DNA of 63,980 nucleotides, filler included, from Ministeria vibrans ATCC 50519 (GCA_943704425.1; 9 parts of 9 records of this genome joined end to end with filler, not necessarily neighbours in it), one strand, 5' to 3'; counted from the whole stretch's first letter, positions 37,001 through 51,368 are shown. Numbers and translations are program-made. Notes: generated from the letters alone by a model not told the origin.

Positions 37001-40000
37001 CTGGTTACTTTGACAATTGCACACTGCCAACGACGCTTGTCTCGGCGACTGCTGATGGCGATGACAACAACAATGGTAGCGACTACGGTGGAAAGGCGAC
37101 TGACAATGCCATGGATACTGACGCACCCTGCGTGCCCACCGAGTGTCTTCAGATGCTCCGTCTTTACATTGTTGACGTGCTCGAGCGTCTCGTCACCTAC
37201 GAGGACGAGCTACTCGCCTCCTGTCTCAAACTTGTTCTGGCGCTGCCGCGTCCTCTGGCGCTCACCATCCATCCTTCCATGCTGGTGCCGGCGGCGCACG
37301 CCGCACTGCGCGTTGGCCTGGGCTATTTACCATTGGCCTCACTTGTTTTGCGCGCCCTCGAGCACTGGCTAAAACTGTTTCCTCTCGCCGAACTCGATTG
37401 CGTCTTTGATCAACTCATTCCGTCTCTCAGTGACTACCTTGTGGGCAGTGGCGATGGCTCCAGCGACAATACCGTGACCGTGACAAAATTAATCAAATCG
37501 CGCTGGCGCAAAACGTACACCAAGCCAGTGCCGTCCAACGACGAGCCCGACTCGCTTGAGTCGGTGCGTGTGCGCATTATTCACTTGCTCGGCATGCTTC
37601 CATCGCGTTTCCACCAACGCATTGCGGGACATTCACTCGAGTCTTTGGTGCGCTGGGATACGCGTGGTGACAAGCTCAACTTTTTCGTGCCCTACAGCGA
37701 CACCAAGACCGAAGTGTACCTTGATAGTCTACTGCCGCGTGTCGTTGAACTTGCCGAAAAGGCCGCTGATCGTCGCACCAAGGTGGCTGCCTGTGAGCTC
37801 TTGCACGCCCTTGTGCTCTTTACGCTGGTGCGCGGCGGCGGCGGCGGCGAGGGCGAACAGGGAAAGATTGATCGACTGCTTGCGCGTCTTGTGCCCACCG
37901 TGTTGCGTCTTGCCTGTGCCGTAGAGGTGGTGGCACGCCAACTTTTTGAGCCCCTCTGCCTGCAGTTGGTGCACTTTTATACGAGCAAGGGACGTCGTGG
38001 CACGGACGAGGCAAAGACCCTTTTCAACGCCATCATGGAGGCACTCACGCTCGATCAACAGAGCCAAGTGCAGGATCTGGCGGCGCGCATGTGTGTGGAA
38101 TATTTTGACTGGACGTGCCGTCTTGCCGACGTGCAAAATCAACTTGTCGAACAGTGTCATCCACTTCTGCTCAAACTGTACACACTTGCTGTGCATCCTG
38201 CCGCACACTGTCGTGCCGGTGCGGCCCTCGCCTTCTGTCACCTCTACCGTTGGTTTCGCCAGCACGACGACTTGGTCGTGGCGATTGGCATTGAATGGCT
38301 CGTCGCCATGCTTGCCAGTGTTCGCCTTGTCTCTGATGTGGACGCCCGCAACAACCCAGATACTCTCAAGCGGCTGCAGTCGTCCATTATGGGCCTTATG
38401 CGTGGCATTTTGAATCGTTCAATGGCGCTCCTGTCCGAATCAGACACACGCAAGATCCCAGCGTCGTGGCCGGCGGCACTTGCGCTGCGTGAAGACAATA
38501 CCAACGAGGACCAATGGGCGCCGTCGTACCGGGGGACGCTTCAGGGTCTCGCAGAGTGGCTGTTTGCTCAGTTGGGGGCCCACGAATCATCGTACCGTCG
38601 TCTTTGTGCAAAGCTATTTGCCCAACTTGTGCCAACACTCAGTGCGCAAAGTTCCTCGATCAATGCCTGGGTGCAGGCGCTCATGAAGGACTACGGCGGT
38701 ATTCGTGTGTGCACATCAGTGGTGGCGCCCTGGTTGCTCGATGTGTCCGAAACGTCGTCTCTTCCCCTGCTCGTCACCATCATCACAGAGGCGTCGCCGT
38801 TGCGAGCAAACCGCTATGCGAAAGGTCTTCTGTGGCTGCGACAGCTGAACACGGCCATCGACGGCTATGTGTACCTTCTCGAACCGGGCGCGGTGCGCGC
38901 GAGCGACATTTCGGGCGACGCGAGCTATGCACATCTCTTGCAGGCAATTGTGTGCGTGTGTAACATGAACACGGAGAGCACTCGGCGCACCGCAATGGAC
39001 ACGCTGCTCCACACGTGTACCACGACGCAACAGAGCACCTGGCGGCGATGCATGGTTTCGCTTCTCGCCCGTATTCTCCACCTGCTCGCCTTTATTGTGG
39101 CCGACAAGAAGACGCTCAACGCGTCCCGTGCCTGTTGGTGCGAGGATGTCTTTATGCTGCTCTTCACCGCAGTTTTTCATCCGTCTCGTCTTGGATTTGA
39201 CCTCATGTCCGACGTTGTCCAGTCGCGTGCGGTCACCTCGCTCACGGTGCGTCTTCTCACCAACTGTGCTACCCACCTTCCGGAGAGCTGTGCGGAAGGT
39301 GCATTGATGCGTCGCACTCTTGCCTCCTATTGCGATCGCCAAAAATGCTCTCCTGGTCGCCTCCTGTCGTTATGCGATGCGTCACGCTCCGGCGACGAAC
39401 ACGCTGGAGAGATTCGAACGCTGGCGGAGGCCATGCAAAAGATTGTGGCGGCCGGACTGCAATCGGCGGTGGGCCTCAACGAAGAAGTTGGCAGTCAGCT
39501 TGTGGTTGCTTTGGCGCGCCCCACTGCACAGCCTCGCACGCCACTGCTGCAAGATGCACACTCGTGTGCGCTTGAAGCGGCCTTTGGTATTGGTTGCAAA
39601 TACGAGTATGTGACCAAATGTGTGCTCGACCGCACCTATGGATTGCCTTTCTTTGCAGACTTTGGTCGTCCATTGCGTGACTTTCTCGTGCGCTACTTTC
39701 GCGATGACAATGTGGGCGCATCCCTGCTAAAACATGCCGCTGGTGGGAATCCTCCACATGCTCTCCACATTGCCATTGCTCTGCTGCGCACATGTGTGAC
39801 CGACAAGCGTTTGGAACCAAAGCGTCTGGCTTTTGTTGAGGTATTCACCGAGCAATTGCGTCAACTTGCGGCCGCCTGGAAGGAACATCGCTACCTGACG
39901 ACCAATGGCGACCATTCGGATGAGTGTCGCCACCAGGCGCTAGACATGATCACCTTGTTGGTGACGGGTCACGCCGAGAGCGCCATCAGGAGCAGTAAGA

Positions 40001-41418
40001 CGTCGGGGGCACTCTCACCTGTGCTCGCCATGCTTGATGATCTTCTCAGTTCGACGTGTACTTCGTTGTCCTTGCTTGCCAGCGCCGTTGCCGTGCTGCC
40101 ATACGTTCTGCCCGTGCTTGAATTACCCCACTTCATTGCCGATCCCGAAGTGCAGGCGTGGGTGAAGCGACTGGAAATTACTCTTGACACCATTGTTGAA
40201 AATCGTCTTCATCTCAGCCATTCCTCTGCGGTTGCAGTCGCCGCCGCCACCACCACCATCACTAGCAGTAGCAGCGGCAGCATTAGCAGCGGCAAGAGCA
40301 CAGATGTGGGAGCAACCGAGCGACTGGCCGTCATCAATGCACTTGTGACGGCACTTGTCGAGTCCTCTTCGTTGTTGTTGCTACCCCCCGTCTCGTCGCT
40401 AGCCTGTCGTGCTCTTCATGCAGCACGATTGGCAGTGCGCAACCAAGCTGCAGCCGACTGTGCCGCACACATCACCGAGTCACTCTCGCTCATGGCGCGA
40501 CACCAGAATGTCGAGCGTGCACTCGGCATGCTTCTTGAGTGCCACTTGCTCTTTGAGCGCTACGGTCAGTACAACATGCGCCGTGCACGAGACTTTATGG
40601 TTGCCGTGATGCTTCCGTTGGCGCGTGGTGTCTCCACTGAGGCCCTCACGCAATTCTTGCGCGAAAAGATGGAGACTATTGTTGTTCAGGTGGGTCTGGT
40701 GCGTGGCACGACACGCTCGCCCGACGTGGTGCTTGTTCGCCAGCTCAACACTCTGCTGCGTCGTCAGTGTTACTACCACCTTATTGAAATTGCCTTTGAG
40801 CGATTGACCATTGCGCGGCTCAAGGGAGTCACAAGTGACTTGAATCGCGCTTTTCGTCGGGCGCTGCGGCTTGAGGGTGAGGACAAGGGCAACGAGTTTC
40901 AGCGATGTTTCACCGAGCTGATGCGAAATGTGTCGCACGAGCGGGTGGACCTGTCGATGGCGAGCAACGAAGAGCGCACCACACGCCTTGAGTATTACCA
41001 GGCGGCGTATTCGGCACTCGTAGCCATTTGCGTGGCGACGCAGTCCAAGGAGAAAATCTTTGTGGGTCTGCTGCTTGACTATTCGACGGACAAGCCGCTG
41101 TGGTCGAACATTGTTGACTGCCACGCCACGCATGAGCTTCGACCCGAATTGAATGAGCCATTTGCCAAGCGAGCGCGTGTGAATCTTTTTGAGCATCGTG
41201 AGCGTTTGCAAGAGGCGCACGTCAAGTCAGGACGCACGCCGGCGTCGTCGCGTCCCCGGAACTATCTGGCATCACATTTTCTTGATGACTCAAGTTTGAG
41301 TCAGGACGTAACCTTCCTTGGCCAGGGGCTCGCGGGTCGTTTAGAGAAGGAGGAAGAGAAGAAGAAGAAGAAGAGGCAGAAGGAGAACTCGTCCTTGAGT
41401 GTGGCCGCTGTGAGCAAT

Positions 41419-41450
<32 letters not shown>

Positions 41451-44400
41451 TGCGACGATACCGATGGATATGGATGTGGACTCGAATGAAGCAGGCTCGG
41501 GTACGCGTGGCGTGGCGACTGCCCTGACCGACGGCGGCGTTGCGACGTACGTGGTGCGTGCAGACGAGCTGGAAGCGGACGCATTTAATGATAATCCGTG
41601 CATGCCATTGTTGCTCATGATGCTCCAGCATGTCAACGAGGAGGTGGTGAAGCCACCGAGTGTGGAAGTGTCGTGGGCGAATCGCAAGCTGCCCGATTGG
41701 ATGATGACGCTGTACAACCTGTTTTGCTCGGCCGACACACATGTGAACGTGCGCCTGTTTGTGTCGAAGATGATTGTCAATCGTCCTGACGTGTTCGCAC
41801 CGTTTGCAGTGTTCTGGATGGAGCCGGTAATGGACTTTGTGAGTCGAGGGGAGACGGGCGGCGTGGGCATTCACTATGTGGTGGCGGATCTCTGCGTGGT
41901 GATTGTGTCATGGATGATGCAGTCGGAGACAGGCGTGCTTCCGCCGGGTCTCGATGTGAGTGAAACGTGCGTCAACCGTTTGGTGCGCTTTCTGGTGGAC
42001 AACTGTCACAGTTCCTTGTCGTCGGTGATGCGCAAAAACATTGAGATGATCAAAGTGGTCGTGGAGTGTTGGCCAGGCGTGATTAAGGTGCCTGTCGTCG
42101 AGCTGATGGGCCGGCTGGCACAGACGGATGCCAAGCGGTTGGAGAATCGCAGTGGTCTACAAGCATTGGCGGTGTTTCTGGCGAACAATCTAGTGCCCAT
42201 TGTGGCGCCCGATTCCCCTGAATCGGAGATTTGGTTGCGTCTTGTGGGCTGCCTTGGCTCCACCGCACGCGCGGTGTACGAAGCGGGGGCCCTTGTGTGT
42301 GGCATGGCTTTGGCGCGTCTCGCAGATGCGTACAGCGACAACGGGTCGCAAAACCCCTCGGCAAAGCGAGACGCTGCCTGTGCTTTGCGAACCCTTACCG
42401 ATGCGCTTACGGAGCAAGTCTTTGCTCTACTCAAGACTCAGGCTCACCAGGCATTTCGCTGCGTGCGCCTACTCACGCGCGAGTACCCTCGCTACCTTGC
42501 CGAAGAGCCGCCTGACAAGAGTGCCATGCAGTTTGTGTGGGACAAACTTGCGTCGTTGAGCGGCCCGCCACAGCACGATGCACTTGGCATCATTCTCCAT
42601 GGCGTGGCGGGCACAGCGCCACCGTGTCCCGCTATCAAAGAAGAGCTTCACAAGTACTTTCGAACGCATCTCAAGCAGCTGCTGCACCATCGTGATGTCG
42701 AGACGCAGTTGCTTATGCTGCGTCTTGTGAACGTGATGCTCTCGGCCCTGGTGTTGGCACCGGAACACGAAAAGGACGTGGCAAGCATGGTGGAACACAT
42801 TTTGACGGTGTTTCCAACGCACTCCAGTGAAGCGTGTCGCCTCGAAATGCTTCTTGCGCTGCAGAAAATTTATGTTGCCGATTTGTGCCAACTCAACGAC
42901 GCAACACATGTGTCGCCGGATATGATGGTCATTGATAGTCCTATGACGGCACACTTGCGTGTTCGCTCGCTCTGTGTTCTGCTTCGGTCGTTGCTCGATC
43001 CCAGTGATGTCGTGCGTGGCTCGGCCTTTTGCTTTTGGCACAGCAACGAACGGCTTGAGCACAAGGCTCTCGAGCGTTTGACGGGCCTTTTACACACCAT
43101 GTACCTACCCGAGTGCGAGCGCGAGTTTCTGTGCTTTGCTCCAGCTCTTTTGTTGGAGTTGACACGCGACAGCATCGACTACAATCGAAGTGTGGCGGAT
43201 AGCAAGTCGGATGCGGGTTTTGTTGCATTGACTATTGACTCGGACTACAAGCGACGTCTCGAGCCTATGACACCCATGTTTTCGCAGGCCATTTCATCGT
43301 CGCAGTTGATGGGGGGGGCTGGAGGGGACGGTGCCGAGGTGCTTGCGACACAGATGGGTCGTCTACGACACTACACGCAGACTCAATTTGGAGAGCGCAC
43401 GGACACCGCTGGCTCCATTGCACCGGGTTATGCGGACACGTTTACACAGCAGAGCGCTGGTGTTGGGCTGACGTTGCATGCGAGTGTTGGCGACGGACTT
43501 GGCTCGTTTGGCAGTTTTTCGGTGGGCACGGGCGGTTCGGAGAAGACGCTCATTGTACAGGGGCCTTTTCAGAAGACGCCGACGTCCACCTCGTCGACAG
43601 CATCATCGTCGGGCTTGTCGTCAGCGGATCGCGAAGCGGTGGCACGTCAGCGGCAGCGAGAGAAGATGCGGGAGCGTGAAGTGGCGCGGTTGAAGCGACG
43701 CTATATCAGTAGCAAAGGGCCATCGAACGAGTCGTCGAGGCAGTTCTTCAAGATTCAGGCCGAGCAGCGTCGTGCCAAGATGGCGCGACAGCAGAAGGAT
43801 GCACGCGATCGACGACGAAACGAAGTGAAAATGTTCCGTCGCTACCGTGGGGGCGAGATGCCCGACGTTGAGATTCACAATTCGGAGTTGCTTCAGTTGT
43901 TGCAAGCGTGCAGCCAGCGCGACCCGGTGCTTGCTCGCGAGCTCTTTTCGCTGCTCTTTGGGGCTATTTATCGGGCTTACTCTCAGTCAAAGGAGACGAT
44001 TCAGCGGTCCAAGATTGTGAGGAAATTACAGAGTCGCATCAGTTCGCTCGTTGACTCCTCGGTGCAGAGCGACACGCACTTTGTGGGCTGGCTACTTGAT
44101 GTGCTGCGTGAGAATCCCGACATTAGCGTGTCGCCAGCGAAAATTGCGGCGTTGTGTGCCGCGAGTGGCAATGTGCAGTCGGGAGTGCATTTGATTGAGA
44201 CGCTGATGCTGCCGAGTGAACGCTCGGGCCCTGTGCTGTCACGCGAGCGGGAAGTGTGGATGCAGCTGATGGAATTGTACCGTCGCATTGGGGAGGCCGA
44301 CTCGGTACTTGGTGTGGTCAAAAGCGGCACCAATGACAATGCGACAAAGGCGTTGGAACTCCACAGGAATGGCCATGTCGATGCAGCTGCCGAGATGCTG

Positions 44401-45501
44401 CGGACGACCTTTGGCGATGGTGTGGCGGATGCACTTGATCTCGAGCAGACCGGCGATGTGGCGGAAGCGCTTGTGAACTACGAAGAAATTGTGACGTACG
44501 ACGAGGACCACAAGAAGCTGTTTCACGATCGCATTCGTGCGTGCAACGAGAAGTTGCTCAAGTGGCACGATGCTCACCGCGACGTACTTGACGATTTGGG
44601 TTTGCGAGATCGGTTTGCGGATCGCTTTGAGCAGATGCGTCGGCAGACTGCCTCGCTTGTGCGAGAGCATCAGCGAACACGACTTGAAGAGAAAGTGGTA
44701 GTGGAGGTGTCAGACGCGGTGTGGCAAGAGCGGAATGTGCCGCGTCAGGCGGAATTGCTGCGAGCGCTTGTGCGAAGCCGCGGACGAGCGTCGCATGAGA
44801 CTATACTTGATGCCAAGCAGGACGCCGGCGACTTTTGGGTGCGTAACACAATGAGCGATTCACTGGAGGAATTTGTGAGGCGCGCTCGCAGTGAAGGGCC
44901 TGAACGAGCGCAGCGAGTGGCACTTCTTGAGAGTACGGTGCCCGATGAGCTTGCCGTGCTGTCATTGGGCGGTAAACAGGTTAATGTGGGCCAAGCCAAG
45001 CACTACGCGAGTCGAGCCATTGAGAACTTTCGTCAAGACTGGAATGCATTGCATCCGCTGTCGACGCAATTGCGACGCGAGCTGTTGGCACGCTTGCAAC
45101 GCATGACGGAGATGCAGGAGTTTTTTGAGTTTGTTGAGGATGACAGTGTCCTGGAGAGCACAACTGGGCTCCGTGCGCTGCTTCAACGTTGGCGTCATCG
45201 CACCGAGCCATTGGACGTGGACGACGGCCGAGCTGGCAGCGAGGAGGGAGATGTGACCAATGACACGCTAGTGTGGGATTCGATTGCGTGGGCACGCAAG
45301 ACGTATCTCAGCGCGATTGAAGGGCGTTTTCTTCAGCGGTACACGGGCGCCGCTGACTCGCTGTTCACGACGAGTGTATGCCCGCTGCTGTATGAAGGCA
45401 AAGTCATGACGCTACTCAATGTGGCTGAACGAGTGCGTCGCATGGGTGCACATGCGGCGTGCAAGAACTACCTTACTTCTGCCCGGAGGCACCTCGAAGA
45501 G
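34087..45501 (+). CDS. PRKDC: DNA-dependent protein kinase catalytic subunit; kinase/FATC part lost at contig end
   Basis: Six exons (last one 36055-45501); RYDMPRAALRLL, SLAIRGFGYFAGPC, DRRTKVAACELLHA, LFEPLCLQLVH, NUC194 region LDDSSLSQ, GGVGIHYVV, ABCDE-like TPMFSQ..ATQ..YTQTQ, RRYRGGEMPDVEI. Confidence 0.95.
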
Positions 45502-45521
45502 GTAAATAATCAGTAGAAATA

Positions 45522-45614
<93 letters not shown>

Positions 45615-45714
45615 NNNNNNNNNNNNNNNNNNNNNNNNNNNNNNNNNNNNNNNNNNNNTTAATTAATTAANNNNNNNNNNNNNNNNNNNNNNNNNNNNNN
45701 NNNNNNNNNNNNNN
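45615..45714. other. Artificial contig spacer
   Basis: N44-TTAATTAATTAA-N44 after an (ATT)n run. Confidence 0.98.
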
Positions 45715-47183
45715 CTCACCAGTGCCGGTACACACACACACACCACAAAGACATACACCACAAAAACACAAAGACACACATACACCATACACCACATGAA
45801 CACAAAGACACACACACACACACACACACACACCGCAAAGACACACACTCACATACGCACGCACACACACACCCATTGTTTCTACTTCGTACGAGTTTGT
45901 CATAGAGCGCTGACCGTTATCTTTGTTTGTATTTGTAGGGTCCGTAAAGTCGTGTTTCACATCGGACGATGGCACTTTTGACTACGTTTTCAACTGTGCT
46001 GGTGAGACCAAGTATGGACAGTCTGATGAGGTGTACAAAGAGAAGACCACCGATCTCACGTAAGACAGACTCACACTCGTACACACACATAAAGATCAAT
46101 GGTGTCTAATTGGATTTTTGGTTTGTTTCCGTTTCAGACTTTTGTGTGCAAAGGAGGTAATAATATAATATTATAATATAATGTTGCTACACTTTTTTCT
46201 TCTTTTTTCTCGTGCTCAATGCATATTTTTACGTTGGCTCGTAGGCTGTTGCAACAAACGTGAAGCGGTTTGTGGAAGTGTCAACAGGACAAGTGTACAA
46301 CGGAGACAAGAAGGCGTCGACCGAAGAGAGCAAGATTTCTCCGTGGACCGGGCTGGGCAAGGCCAAGCGAGCGGCCGAACAGGGCCTGGCCTCCGTCGAA
46401 GGTCTTAACTACGTCATTGTGCGTCCTGCCATCTGCTATGGCCCCAGCGACATTGCAGGCGTCATGCCGCGCCTCATCATGGGTGCCGTCTACAAGCAGC
46501 TTGGCGAGAAGATGAAGCTGCTCTGGACTGATTCGCTGCGTCTTAACACTGTCCACGGTATATACAAGTCAAAGCCTCTGCTTGACTGATTGTGTGTGTG
46601 ATTTAGTGTACGATGTGGTGGCTGCAATGTGGCACTTGCGCGATGCGGGTGCGAGCGGTCAAATCTACAATGTGGCCGACAAGAGCGATTCCTGTACGCG
46701 TGGCATTGCTTTGCATTTCAAACTCGTACTGATTTTTATTCATGTGCTTAGCGCAAGACTCCATCTCAAGCATGGTTGACGAGTTGTTTGGCATTGCGCA
46801 CGGGTACCATGGTACCATCCTGTCGAACCTGGCGAAGGTACCGCAACGAGTGTGCGCCGAAAGGATGAACGTTGGTCGCTGACACATATGAACACACACA
46901 CACACATTTTTAGACGATGATGAAGGCGGCGACGGACGATGCCAACGAAAAGCACATGGGGGCATGGGCAGACATCATCAAGTCGGAGGGCATTGAGAAC
47001 ACGCCGCTGAGCCCGTACTTGGACCAGGAGCTGCTCTACAACAACCACACCAACATGGACGGGTCCAAGGTGGAGGGCACTGGCTTTGCTTACACCCACC
47101 CCAAGATTAGCACTGCTGCCCTCCGTGCCGTCCTCGACGACTACATTGCCCTCAAGCTCTTCCCGGCGAGTGCACTTGCCTAA
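45715..47183 (+). CDS. NAD-dependent epimerase/dehydratase (extended SDR); 5' truncated
   Basis: FDYVFNCAGETKYG, VKRFVEVSTGQVY, KAKRAAE, VIVRPAICYGP, LNTVH, IYNVAD, TPLSPYLDQELL. Confidence 0.85.
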
Positions 47184-47376
47184 GCGCTCCTAACTAGAGT
47201 GTCAAACACAAAGAAGAGAAGGAGAGAGAGAGAGAGCTACCATATTCGATTATAAACTCAACAAGATTATTACAAATGCTACTGCGGAAATATGAAGAAA
47301 CGAAGAGCCACCATATTCAATATTCAACTGCTGCCAATGCTGCTTCGAAAATGTGAGAAGAGTTTGCACTACACAG

Positions 47377-47900
47377 TTACTTGGAGTCCTTGTCGTCGGT
47401 GATGTGAAGAGCGTCGAGGAGCTTTCTGAAGGGATTGCGGTGCGCATGAAGAACATGAGGATCGTGGCGGTGGTGCTTGAGGCGGGTCGACGTAGCAGGA
47501 GAGCTCACAGGCGACGCACTGACACTACTGGAGCAGCTGCTGCCGGTTTCGGTGGGAGCACTGTTCGCGACTGTCGTGTGGTGGTGTGCGTCAATGTCGG
47601 AGATGGACGAGGAGCCCGAGCAGGTGCTCTCGCCTGACTTCATCCGCGACAGCGTCCGTTTAGCCTTGTCTCCCTTTTCCGCCCGCTCTTGTCGCTCCCG
47701 TTCCTCGCGAGCCCGCTTCTCCAAAATCAAGTGATAGATGTTCTGATGCATGTCAAACTTGCTGAGCTCCAGCGCATTCAGTGTCTCTTCCATATGGAAC
47801 CCCATTGCCACCATCTCGTCCACAACCGTCTCGTCAATTCCTGCCGCATGAATGTCCTTCATCGACGGCCTCTGGTGTCGCGCCGGGGCCGAGTGGAACT
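47377..47900 (-). CDS. 3' exon with a UBA domain, likely an AMPK/MARK-related kinase tail
   Basis: IDETVVDEMVAMGFHMEETLNALELSKFDMHQNIYHLIL is a kinase-associated UBA-like pattern, followed by a Ser-rich tail. Confidence 0.6.
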
Positions 47901-47925
47901 CTAAAAAGAAGCAATGAGAAATAGT

Positions 47926-48034
<109 letters not shown>

Positions 48035-48134
48035 NNNNNNNNNNNNNNNNNNNNNNNNNNNNNNNNNNNNNNNNNNNNTTAATTAATTAANNNNNNNNNN
48101 NNNNNNNNNNNNNNNNNNNNNNNNNNNNNNNNNN
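48035..48134. other. Artificial contig spacer
   Basis: N44-TTAATTAATTAA-N44. Confidence 0.98.
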
Positions 48135-48210
<76 letters not shown>

Positions 48211-48264
48211 CTTTGTTTCTTTCTCCTCTCTCTCTCTCTCTCTCTATCACTTTGTTTCTTTCTC

Positions 48265-48311
<47 letters not shown>

Positions 48312-48356
48312 AGACGATGGACTCATTTTTTTGTCTCTGTGTGTTTGTGTTTATAG

Positions 48357-48795
48357 GATGCAGTGGGCACATTTGGTCTTGTAGGGCTGGACAAACTCTA
48401 CTCGTTTATGATTGTGCGGCAGTTGCAGGACTTTACCAAGCGAATGCACTCGATTCAAGTCAGTCTCTTTCTCACAGTAGCATGCGAACTTAACGTCTTT
48501 GTTTTGCTTGTAGCAACTGCGAAAGGCTTTTGCGCCTCTCATTGACGAGTTTACTCCCACCACTCTCATTCCCGCAAACTACCAAAAAATCATCTCAGTC
48601 AGTGACACTTTTGAGATGCTACTATTTTTAATGTCTTTTTTTGTTGTGTAGTCGAGTCTCAAACGTGGAGAGAAACTATGGCCAATTTACCTTGAGCTTA
48701 TGACTCAAATTGGGCATTTGCAGATTCACCGCCGTCTCATTTTGCGCGAACTTCAGGTAAGTTAAAATCCAATGCATAATACTAATAATAATAAA

Positions 48796-48830
<35 letters not shown>

Positions 48831-49796
48831 ATTTTTAATCTTTTTCAGTTCCGTTGTCGTGTCGATTCGTCTGTTCTCCAGAGCACACTGAACGTAAAGA
48901 AACTAATTACATAAAATGATCTCTTCTCGGGGTTTGGGTTTGTATTTATTAGAGACTTTATTGTAGACACTGAACAGTTCGCTGTTGGCGGACATTGACG
49001 AGCATTACAAGCATCCTGAGAAGCCCTATCCCTCCGATGACAACCCGCTTCTTTCTGAGCTCTCAACCTATCTTGAGGTATATATATAAATATATACGTA
49101 CAGTTTCCTCATTGACACTTTCCCTCTCTTTTTTCGTCTCTCTGTCCCGCTTTTATAGACGTCTGGCATTGCGGATCCCTTCACCAAAATCTACATCACC
49201 ACCATCAAAATCCCCGACATCTCTCTGCTCCACTTTCTCTTTGTCCTCTCTCAGATTCCTCGTCTCAAGTACAACCACTCAACAGGTACACACTTCACAT
49301 GCGAAACCACACCACAACAGTCTCATTCTTCCTTCCTCTCTCTACTCTCTCGTCAGCGTGTCTGCTTGCGCCTGCCAAGGACACCTCGCTTGACGGATGG
49401 CCCTTTGTTGTGGGTGTCGTCTCTCTCCTCAAACAGGTACACTCTGCTATATTCTCTTCTTTCCATTGCATTGTCTCACCTCCATATTCTCTTCTCTTTT
49501 TATTCTACAGTTCCACAGTCAGCACACCATCAAGTTTCTGTCGTACCTCGGCCAGTATGTGCGGTCGCAAGTCAATGCTGAAATGCCCACCAAGTACGTC
49601 ACTCCTTTTTCTCTCTCCTTTTTTTTCGCTTCTTTATTCGATTGTGCTACGTTTTTATTTTAGGAGTGGACTCTCCATGGAAACTGTCAATGTGCTGATC
49701 TTTTTGGAGGAATTTTGCAAAGCGAGTTCGATTGATCGGGAGTCCATTGAGCAGTTTGTGCCTGCGTATGTGTTCAACGAGCACGGAGGTCTCTAG
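48357..49796 (+). CDS. WASHC5: WASH complex subunit 5 (strumpellin), 3' part (9 exons)
   Basis: VGTFGLVGLDKLYSFMIV, IGHLQIHRRLI, KPYPSDDNPLLSEL, DPFTKIYITT, LDGWPFVVGVVSLLKQ|FH, FLSYLGQYVRS. Confidence 0.93.
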
Positions 49797-49870
49797 TGCG
49801 ACATCTTTCTTGATCTCTGTGCGTCTGTGTGTGTGTGTTCGTTTATTATTGAACCATTATTTTTTTTCTT

Positions 49871-51139
49871 CTAAAATCTTGAGTGTGAGCGACTGAGGAG
49901 AGGCACTGAACGAGTGTGAGAGAGTGCTGGCTCAATGGTGTAGGTGTGGGCAAAGGAATGTGCACGAGCAACCGTAGGATGAACTCGCATGAGATCCACT
50001 GTCTCACTGAAATGCCTCGTGGGTCTGCGATGGAGCGTGACGTCGCGTGTGAAGCCACTGCCGCTGCTCATGCGTACGGATTCATTGGTGGATGCGCGGG
50101 GAATGCGTGCGGCTGGCACAGCCTGGTGATTGTAGGAGCGAGCATAGACGGTGTCTGGGCGGCTGGCCATGCGAGCGTGGGTCTCGCCAAAGCTGCGCAA
50201 CTCGGTGGCGTGATTACGCGCTGCACCACTAGGCTGACGTGCGCTTGTGAAGTGCAGCAGACGTTCGCAATCCATACGAGCTTCAGGAAGTGGTGCGCGG
50301 TAGTCGGAATGAGTTGTACTTGTGTAGTGGTGAGGCTCTTCAGAGGGAGGGTCGCGCGAACGGTGCTCCAGCGCGTAAATGGAGCTCTTTGGTGGACGCG
50401 AGACGGATGCCTGGGGCACTACGCGAGGCCGTGCCACGGGCGGTGGTCCGTAGCTTGCGCGTGTGACTGTCATTGTCTCTGACGGACCGCCGGCGTTGCG
50501 CAACAGGTCTCGCGTCGACATTTTGTTGTGCACAAATCCTGATGTGTGGGTGCCTGCCGAGCGCATTGCGTACAGTCTCTCGTGGGAATGAGGATGAAAG
50601 CTTTCGCGCGTTTCGCTCAAGTATGACAAGGGAGGATCAGTTGATTTAGACGTTGTGGACCGTGTGCGGACATAGCCGGACGATGCGGGTGTGATGTCGA
50701 ACGACTAACAATGAGATAACATAAAATAATTATAATAATAATTAGATTGTGACGATGAACACTTCTCTCAATAATGTCATGGCTTACAACTCGACGTCGA
50801 GTTCTCGTAGCATTTCTAGGGTTGAATTGTTTGCGTGTTTCCGTTGTCGACGACATGCCGTACTGGGTATACGAAGGCTGTTGAGGGAGAGGGAGTTATT
50901 AAGATGGCGTTAAAATGGTAACGATGGCAACGGCAAAGAATGAAAAACAGATATCGTACCCCTGTGTACCCCACAGCTGGTCGTCGTTGCCAGAATCCTG
51001 TTTGAGGAAGAGTGAAGTCGCGTGTGTGCTGCATGCGTGTGCCGGATTTATTGGGATAGTCAAGGCGATAGGTTGTTGCATAGTGCGACAGTGGCGATGC
51101 ACTCCCGCCCGCGCTGGCCCTCACGTAAGCATTAGACAT
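49871..51139 (-). CDS. PPP1R32: SAXO4/PPP1R32-like ciliary microtubule inner protein (3 exons)
   Basis: N-terminal YVRASAGGSASPLSHYATTYRLDY (human YVKMSSGGYTDPLKFYATSYCTAY), SSGYVR, SGF repeats, T/SxxxxxY/F Mn-like motifs, C-terminal LMRVHPTVAR. Confidence 0.75.
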
Positions 51140-51368
51140 CAAAACGATTAAAGATTGTGCTTTGAATGAAAAAATGTGTGGGGAGCGGGACAGTGAGCTG
51201 TGAACTGTGGACATGAAAACTGAAACGTATTCGTTTCAAGTTTCACAGAACGGTCAACCTCTGACCTGAGTAGTCTCTAAAGTCTAAAATTCAATCATTA
51301 ATTATTCTTTTTCCAATCAGCCATCGGCAAGCATAGTCTGAGAGCTGCTCCGGCGCCAACGCACACCG

